Assembly (NCBI GenBank): GCA_965279515.1
Contig: CBDIID010000003.1
Span: 1,248,001-1,312,000, forward strand
Origin: Turneriella sp.
GTDB lineage: Bacteria > Spirochaetota > Leptospiria > Turneriellales > Turneriellaceae
Reading direction: 5' to 3'
DNA length: 64,000 nt
Shown: positions 58,567 to 64,000 of the stretch, in pieces
Position numbering within the stretch: the first letter of the stretch is position 1
Layout of the letters: each line of letters opens with the position of its first letter
Program-made: the position numbers and the translations under genes
The notes under the pieces: model-generated
Told to the model about the DNA's origin: nothing
Seen by the model: the letters and a program-made list of their open reading frames with translations, nothing else
Databases searched by the model: none

Positions 58567-60197
58567 TTTGTGGGTGGCGGCTCGGCGATCTGCGTGAAGC
58601 GGCCGTTTTCGAGCTTGCCATAGTAGGGAAACGGCGGCAGCTTCGTATCAAACTTCAGGCTCGCCAATTGTCTTTTTGCCTGCGCGATATCCTCGCTGCA
58701 AAGTTTTTTCTCTTCGGCGCCCATATTTTCGGTGCAGGTGTACGGACCCTGAATACGCAATACCTTATTCTGCAATTCCGCATAACCGATCTTAACTTCC
58801 TGCTGCTCATAATAGCTCGCCAGCTGCAACACCGGTGCGACGCGTTTGCCCTTGAGCGCGAACACGTCGAGCGACCATGAGCCCCGCGTCTGCTCGTTGC
58901 TGACGAGTTCGGGTACGCCGTCGCCGTCGAGGTCTGAGAACTCAGCGCTCTTCACCTCGGTTTCGTAAAAGACGCGCTTCTCGTCGCTCAGGTCGGCGAA
59001 AATAAAACGGCGGCGCGCGCTGAAACAATGCTCGCCCTCGCTTTCATTCGGGCCGAAATGGGCTTCGATTGCTGCGAAGCGCCGCGGCGCATCGCTGGCA
59101 CCCACAGCAAACTCGGTGGTCTTGCTGCACTGCACATTCAAGTCGCCGCCCGCATAACGGTTCAAATCTGCTGCCAAAGAATCGTCGAATGTATGCTGCT
59201 GCGCTTTAGAGACGGTATAGAAATCGCGCACAAATTTTACCTTCTTTTTGTCGACATAATAATAGCGGTCGGGCCCCATCTCGTGACCGCTGACGACAAA
59301 GCGGTAACGCAGTCGGTCACCTTTGGTGGTGACTCCGTCGACCGCGACGTACGTATCGGCCGGCAAGGCTCCCTTCGTTTTCTCCCAATCGATACCGAAA
59401 CTGGGCTCCTTCGCGATATCGATGCGGGTGTTACCGACGGCAACTTTATAGACATGTGCGCCGGCACCGGTGGCAATCATCCAACCGGATAAGAATTGAA
59501 AACCGGCGTCTTGCAACGCCGTCATGTCGCCCTTTGTGCCTTCGACGAGAAAACCGCCGAACGCATAACCCATGCCGCCCGCGGCATCCTGCAGCAGGTA
59601 CCACGAGCCGTGTTTGCCGTCGGCCTTGACCGACTGTGACGACTGCTCGAGCACCGCGAGCACCTCGCCGTTCTGCAGCGTGCGTATCTTCTCGCCGTTC
59701 AGCGCCGGCGTGCGCCGCCAGTTCACGGCCGTCGTCGCCATCACTGAAAGCGGCTCGCGCACTTCTTCTGTTTTATCAGGCGCGACTTCTTTATAAACCG
59801 AGACTTCGGTGCGCTTTTCAAAGACGAGAAAGTTTTCGCGCACCACCGCCTCGCGCTCGGGAATAAAACCTTCGACCGGCATCTGCGGTTTGTCGCCGGC
59901 CGCGCCGAGCGGCGAATATTTGATTTTATACCAGAAGACTTTTTCGGGGTCTTTCACGTCGGGCACGCGCGTCGCGAAGATCGCGACCTTGTTGCCGATC
60001 GGCAGCGTGCCGATCGCCTTACCGCGCACGCTCGGCGTATCCTGAATCGCAATCGCGCTCTTCACTGCAAAGCCGGTGGAAAGCGGCTGTTCGCTCGTTG
60101 CCTGTTGTGCCTCGCGGCCCGTCGGCTTCTTTTTACAATGATTTACCAGCAGCGCAGATGAAAGCGCTGCGAGCAGAAATATATTTCGTTTAAGCAT
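58563..60197 (-). CDS. SH3-domain lipoprotein
   Basis: Lipobox-like LVNHC; SH3b-type segments (VNWRRTP...I..L.NGE.L...W...GYAFGGF); DLDGDGVPEL motif. Confidence 0.7.
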   Translation of the reverse strand: MLKRNIFLLAALSSALLVNHCKKKPTGREAQQATSEQPLSTGFAVKSAIAIQDTPSVRGKAIGTLPIGNKVAIFATRVPDVKDPEKVFWYKIKYSPLGAAGDKPQMPVEGFIPEREAVVRENFLVFEKRTEVSVYKEVAPDKTEEVREPLSVMATTAVNWRRTPALNGEKIRTLQNGEVLAVLEQSSQSVKADGKHGSWYLLQDAAGGMGYAFGGFLVEGTKGDMTALQDAGFQFLSGWMIATGAGAHVYKVAVGNTRIDIAKEPSFGIDWEKTKGALPADTYVAVDGVTTKGDRLRYRFVVSGHEMGPDRYYYVDKKKVKFVRDFYTVSKAQQHTFDDSLAADLNRYAGGDLNVQCSKTTEFAVGASDAPRRFAAIEAHFGPNESEGEHCFSARRRFIFADLSDEKRVFYETEVKSAEFSDLDGDGVPELVSNEQTRGSWSLDVFALKGKRVAPVLQLASYYEQQEVKIGYAELQNKVLRIQGPYTCTENMGAEEKKLCSEDIAQAKRQLASLKFDTKLPPFPYYGKLENGRFTQIAEPPPTN

Positions 60198-60232
60198 CGG
60201 GACGCATACGCCCGCGCCCAAACGCCGTCAAT

Positions 60233-61444
60233 TCAAACCGGGACGAATACCGTTTCGGCTTCTTTAATACCCTTCAAAGAGAACTCTCCCAATGCCTTTG
60301 CGCCGGGTATTTGCAGAGCAAAATCGGCCGACATGAGCAGGTCGCGGCCGGTGCCTTTACAGAGCCCCTCGATGCGCGACGCCTTGTTGACCGCCGGCCC
60401 AACCACGGTAAAATCGAGGCGCCGGTTGGCGCCGACATTGCCATACTGTACGTCGCCGATATGCAGCGCAATGCCATGCCGTAACAGCGGTTGCTCCGCC
60501 TGGGCTCTTTTTTCGTTAAACACGGCGAGTGCCTTGTTCGCTGCTTCGGCGGCCGCCAGCGCATTCGCCGCCGCCTTTTTATGGTCGCCGTTTTCGACGG
60601 GAAAAATCGCCAGCACTGCATCGCCCATATACTTCAGAATCTCGCCGCCGTTTTCGATGATCGGCTGCGAGATCGTCTCGAAATACTGGTTGAGCCAGTC
60701 GATGAGCACAGTGGGATCCACACTTTCGGAAAGATCGGTATAACCGCGCAAATCGGAAAACCAGATAGCGGAAGAAATCGCATCGACATCGCCGGGTTTC
60801 ACTTTGCCCGCGAGCACCTTCTGCGAAGGCAAGAGCCCCAGATAGACCGCCATCAGGTTCTCGGTGATCAGGCGATTGACGTGAATTTCGAGCGCGACCG
60901 CCAGGTGCCCGGCCGAGCTGCGCAGAATTTCGAGATCCGCTTCGGTAAAACCGCCGGGCTTCTTCGTCGCAAGACTGATGCGGTGGCTGGCTTCGCCCAG
61001 CTGCTGCAGGGCATAGAGAAAATATGCCGTGCCGCCCGCGCTGCGTATGTCGGCCATAATCGGGAATTCATCGGGCGCTTCGGTGACAAGCGAATGCACC
61101 TCGCTTGCGCCGAGATCGATCTTTTTATACGGGCTGATCTGGTAGGGCTCAGAGCGCGCAAACGCGCCATGCGAAAAGCTGATCTCTTCGACGAGCTCTT
61201 TGCCGACGGCAGTCACGCGTTTTTGCAGAAAAAAAGAACGGCCAAGCGGCGGCAGATCGAGGTATTTCGCAAACCAGCCATAACGGATCGATTCGATCTC
61301 GGGGTGCAGCGTGCGTATCATCAGCGACGAGCGGATAATTTCAAAACCGGCGGCGTTGAGCTTCTGGATAAACCCGACCTGCAGCCCCGGAATACCCGCA
61401 GCCCGCGGGCCCTCGCCCACCAGCCAGTCGATAAGTTCGGTCAT
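60233..61444 (-). CDS. class III adenylate/guanylate cyclase
   Basis: FSDLRGYT, LKYMGDA, GIALHIGDV.YGNVG, DFTVVGPAVNKASRIE. Confidence 0.92.
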   Translation of the reverse strand: MTELIDWLVGEGPRAAGIPGLQVGFIQKLNAAGFEIIRSSLMIRTLHPEIESIRYGWFAKYLDLPPLGRSFFLQKRVTAVGKELVEEISFSHGAFARSEPYQISPYKKIDLGASEVHSLVTEAPDEFPIMADIRSAGGTAYFLYALQQLGEASHRISLATKKPGGFTEADLEILRSSAGHLAVALEIHVNRLITENLMAVYLGLLPSQKVLAGKVKPGDVDAISSAIWFSDLRGYTDLSESVDPTVLIDWLNQYFETISQPIIENGGEILKYMGDAVLAIFPVENGDHKKAAANALAAAEAANKALAVFNEKRAQAEQPLLRHGIALHIGDVQYGNVGANRRLDFTVVGPAVNKASRIEGLCKGTGRDLLMSADFALQIPGAKALGEFSLKGIKEAETVFVPV

Positions 61445-61516
61445 GGGGAAAGATTTTTTTACGAAGGGCGAAGTAAAGCCTAATGGAGGTTTTGTGACCT
61501 GCCGCGCAGCTCCGAA

Positions 61517-63139
61517 TCAGTCGAAATAACGCACGAGCTCGTCCATGACATGCGACTTGGTGGAAAAATTTTCCGCGAGATTCTTAACGGTGCTGCTCGC
61601 CGAAACGAGGCGCTTCGTTGCCTCACCCATCTGCAGAAGGTTTTGACTGAACTCAGAGCCCGCCGATTCCATAATCTGGCTGATCAATTCGCCGTTCAGG
61701 GTGCTCAAACCGGAAATATTAGAAAATTCTTTGCTCGCATTATCGACGGCTTCTTTGCCGAGTCGGGTTTTCTGCCGCGACAGGGCGATCGCATCGTCGA
61801 TGCGCTGCGAATTGCCTTTAGTCTGCTCCGAGAGTTTTGAAATCTCGGCCGCTACGACGGCGAATCCGCGCCCTGCATCGCCCGCCCGGGCGGCTTCGAT
61901 TGTCGCGTTTAAGGACAATAAGTTCACCTGACGCGAGATTTCACCGATAATATCGACGCTCTCATCGATCGCTGCGCTCTGTTGCTCGATTTCCGTCATC
62001 CGTTTCTGTACTTCGCCGATCGCCTCGGAGCCATTATCCACGGATTTTGCCATCCGTTCTGTGCTGGTATGTGCACCCGCCACCGCACCCGTGATTTCAT
62101 ACATTTTGACCGAGATCGTCTTTACTGAAGTCTCTTGTTCCTGCGCCTCGCGCGCGAGGCGCGCAGCCTCTTCGCCTAAAACCGTGGCGCCATCTGAAAT
62201 AGCATCCGACTCGGCGCGGATGCGCCCGACGATATCGCGCCATTTTTCTGCCTGCAGGTTGATCAGGTGTCCGATTGCCGAAATATCGTGCGCGCCGTAT
62301 TGTGGTACCGATACCGAAAGCTTGCCCTGCGTCATGGCGCGGATAGATTCCGTGGTTTGGTTAATCGACGCCTTAAAAGTCAGGTAAGTGAGGTATGCGG
62401 TAAACATTGCAAAAAGCACCATCACACCGATGATACCCGCGCTATGTGCAATAGGGTAAGCGTTGAAGGCCTTTGCGGCACTCGGCACGTGGAGTATGTA
62501 ACTGAAAAAATAGATAATCAGAATGGTAAGTCCCAGAACGGCTAACAGAAAGCGGCCTGAAAACGGCAGGCTGCGGAACTCCCCCGGTTCAACGGATACT
62601 GACCGTAAGTTGGGGGCGTTTTGAATCGGTGCAATCGTAGATTCGGTGAGCGTAAAGAGCTGATACCAGGCGATCATGTTTCCCGCCGTTGGTAAGAGCG
62701 CCAAATTGGCCACCATGATCGCAGAAACATCGTGGCGGGTGACAAATATGACATAGAGGGTTAACATCCCCGTGTACCAGCGGCAGGGAACCAGCCAGGC
62801 CTCAAAAAACGGATAATTCAACAGCCTGATCTTCAGCGCCTTGAGATCGGCTTTGCCTGTCTGAGATTGAATTCCCTGCAATATGGGTCTCAGCTTGATC
62901 CAACGCGCGGCGCTATGGAGCAGAAAATCCTGAAAACCTGCATAGCCGAGACAGAGCAGAAAATCCACAGATTGCTGCGAATTCAGGTCACCAATCATCA
63001 GAAAGAAGTACCCGATAAACGGGATGAATATACCAGCGGTAAGAAGTTCAGTCCTCAGGGTGAGGCGCCAATATATCGTTCCGGGGCTTTCCACAATTAA
63101 CCGGCTCAAGGAGCTATACAAGTATCGGCAAAGAACCAC
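61517..63139 (-). CDS. methyl-accepting chemotaxis protein
   Basis: Several TM helices, HAMP-like linker, [35 protein letters not shown]. Confidence 0.92.
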   Translation of the reverse strand: MVLCRYLYSSLSRLIVESPGTIYWRLTLRTELLTAGIFIPFIGYFFLMIGDLNSQQSVDFLLCLGYAGFQDFLLHSAARWIKLRPILQGIQSQTGKADLKALKIRLLNYPFFEAWLVPCRWYTGMLTLYVIFVTRHDVSAIMVANLALLPTAGNMIAWYQLFTLTESTIAPIQNAPNLRSVSVEPGEFRSLPFSGRFLLAVLGLTILIIYFFSYILHVPSAAKAFNAYPIAHSAGIIGVMVLFAMFTAYLTYLTFKASINQTTESIRAMTQGKLSVSVPQYGAHDISAIGHLINLQAEKWRDIVGRIRAESDAISDGATVLGEEAARLAREAQEQETSVKTISVKMYEITGAVAGAHTSTERMAKSVDNGSEAIGEVQKRMTEIEQQSAAIDESVDIIGEISRQVNLLSLNATIEAARAGDAGRGFAVVAAEISKLSEQTKGNSQRIDDAIALSRQKTRLGKEAVDNASKEFSNISGLSTLNGELISQIMESAGSEFSQNLLQMGEATKRLVSASSTVKNLAENFSTKSHVMDELVRYFD

Positions 63140-63200
63140 TTCAGCCTAAGAAAGCATGAAAATAACTTGCCTCGCAGCCCCGACTGCGCCGGTATGAACA

Positions 63201-63923
63201 ATGAGCGAAAAAGAAACCGACCAAAATCTGCAATTCGACAAAGCCGAATTCGACCAGGCAAGCACTGCCGCGACCTGCAGTATGTGCAATACGCCTCTTA
63301 AAGGAAGCTATTTTTCCGTAAATATGCAGAGTATGTGCGCCAACTGTACAGAAACCGTGCGCACAACGATCGCCCGCAAATCAGGCACGGGCGACGTTCT
63401 CAAAAGCATCCTTTTTGGTATCGGCGCCGGCATCGCCGGCTCGTTGATTTATTACGCTGTGCTCAAATTTACCGGCTATGAAATCGGCCTGATTGCCATT
63501 CTCGTCGGCTACATGGTCGGCCGCGCCGTCATGATCGGCTCAGGCCACCGCGGCGGCCTGCAATACCGCATCATCGCGGTACTGATCACCTATATCTCGA
63601 TCGTCAGCACCTACGTGCCCATGGTGATCAGCGAATTCAAAAAACAGGCAGCAGTCGCAGAAACAACGCAAAACGCTACCATAGAAAAAGCAAAGGCCGC
63701 GCAACCTGCAGCACCCGCTGCCCCGCAGCCGCCCATCTCTTTCGGCGAGGCGCTCGTCGCCTTGCTGTTATTCGCCGGCGCCATGCTGATTCTGCCCTTT
63801 CTCGCGGGGATATCGAACATCATCGGCCTGCTCATCATCGGCTTTGCGCTCTTTGAAGCGTGGCGCCGCACCGCCAAACCCAAAGTCGATATCGAAGGCC
63901 CGTTCGAAATCATCCATGCTTAA
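63201..63923 (+). CDS. membrane protein with N-terminal zinc-ribbon-like Cys pairs
   Basis: CSMC...CANC followed by 4-5 TM segments. Confidence 0.65.
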   Translation: MSEKETDQNLQFDKAEFDQASTAATCSMCNTPLKGSYFSVNMQSMCANCTETVRTTIARKSGTGDVLKSILFGIGAGIAGSLIYYAVLKFTGYEIGLIAILVGYMVGRAVMIGSGHRGGLQYRIIAVLITYISIVSTYVPMVISEFKKQAAVAETTQNATIEKAKAAQPAAPAAPQPPISFGEALVALLLFAGAMLILPFLAGISNIIGLLIIGFALFEAWRRTAKPKVDIEGPFEIIHA

Positions 63924-64000
63924 ATGCCATGCCTGCGCCAGCGAGATGCAAAATGGCCTGCTGATCTGCCCGGTGTGTTCGGCCCTGGTATTCCGCAGCG
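63916..64000 (+). CDS. 5' end of a zinc-ribbon protein (runs off window end)
   Basis: MLKCHAC...LICPVCSALVF; overlaps the preceding stop. Confidence 0.5.
   Translation, partial: MLKCHACASEMQNGLLICPVCSALVFRS

Overview
This is a bacterial chromosomal window, most likely from a Leptospiraceae spirochete (Turneriella-like). The evidence is the Leptospira-type insertion in L14, a divergent RpoA CTD, a flgG-flgA-flgH-flgI-flgJ cluster and an endostatin-like (DUF1554-type) surface protein. Bases 1-19.4 kb carry the tuf-S10-spc-alpha ribosomal superoperon followed by alaS and acpS, all on the minus strand. Bases 19.7-42.8 kb hold surface/lipoproteins, a Baeyer-Villiger monooxygenase, the flagellar rod/ring cluster, ABC permeases, clpP and signalling genes. 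Bases ~42.8-55.5 kb form a mosaic accessory island, visibly AT-richer in its right half, with no integrase. It contains two toxin-antitoxin pairs (one with an internally deleted BrnT), duplicated RDD gene remnants, a dispersed ~30-bp repeat, small beta-barrel genes and an OLD-family ATPase-TOPRIM nuclease. Convergent on the nuclease is an intact non-retron UG/Abi (DRT-like) reverse transcriptase. The RT is preceded by a ~300-nt structured gap with a U7 tract next to a UNCG-type hairpin, and by an uncharacterised membrane-anchored protein. This RT module is the best candidate for an undescribed anti-phage system. Bases 55.5-64 kb return to core or signalling genes (deoC, lpxI, pentaheme cytochrome, SH3 lipoprotein, adenylate cyclase, MCP). 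All calls come from reading motifs by eye; no searches were run.
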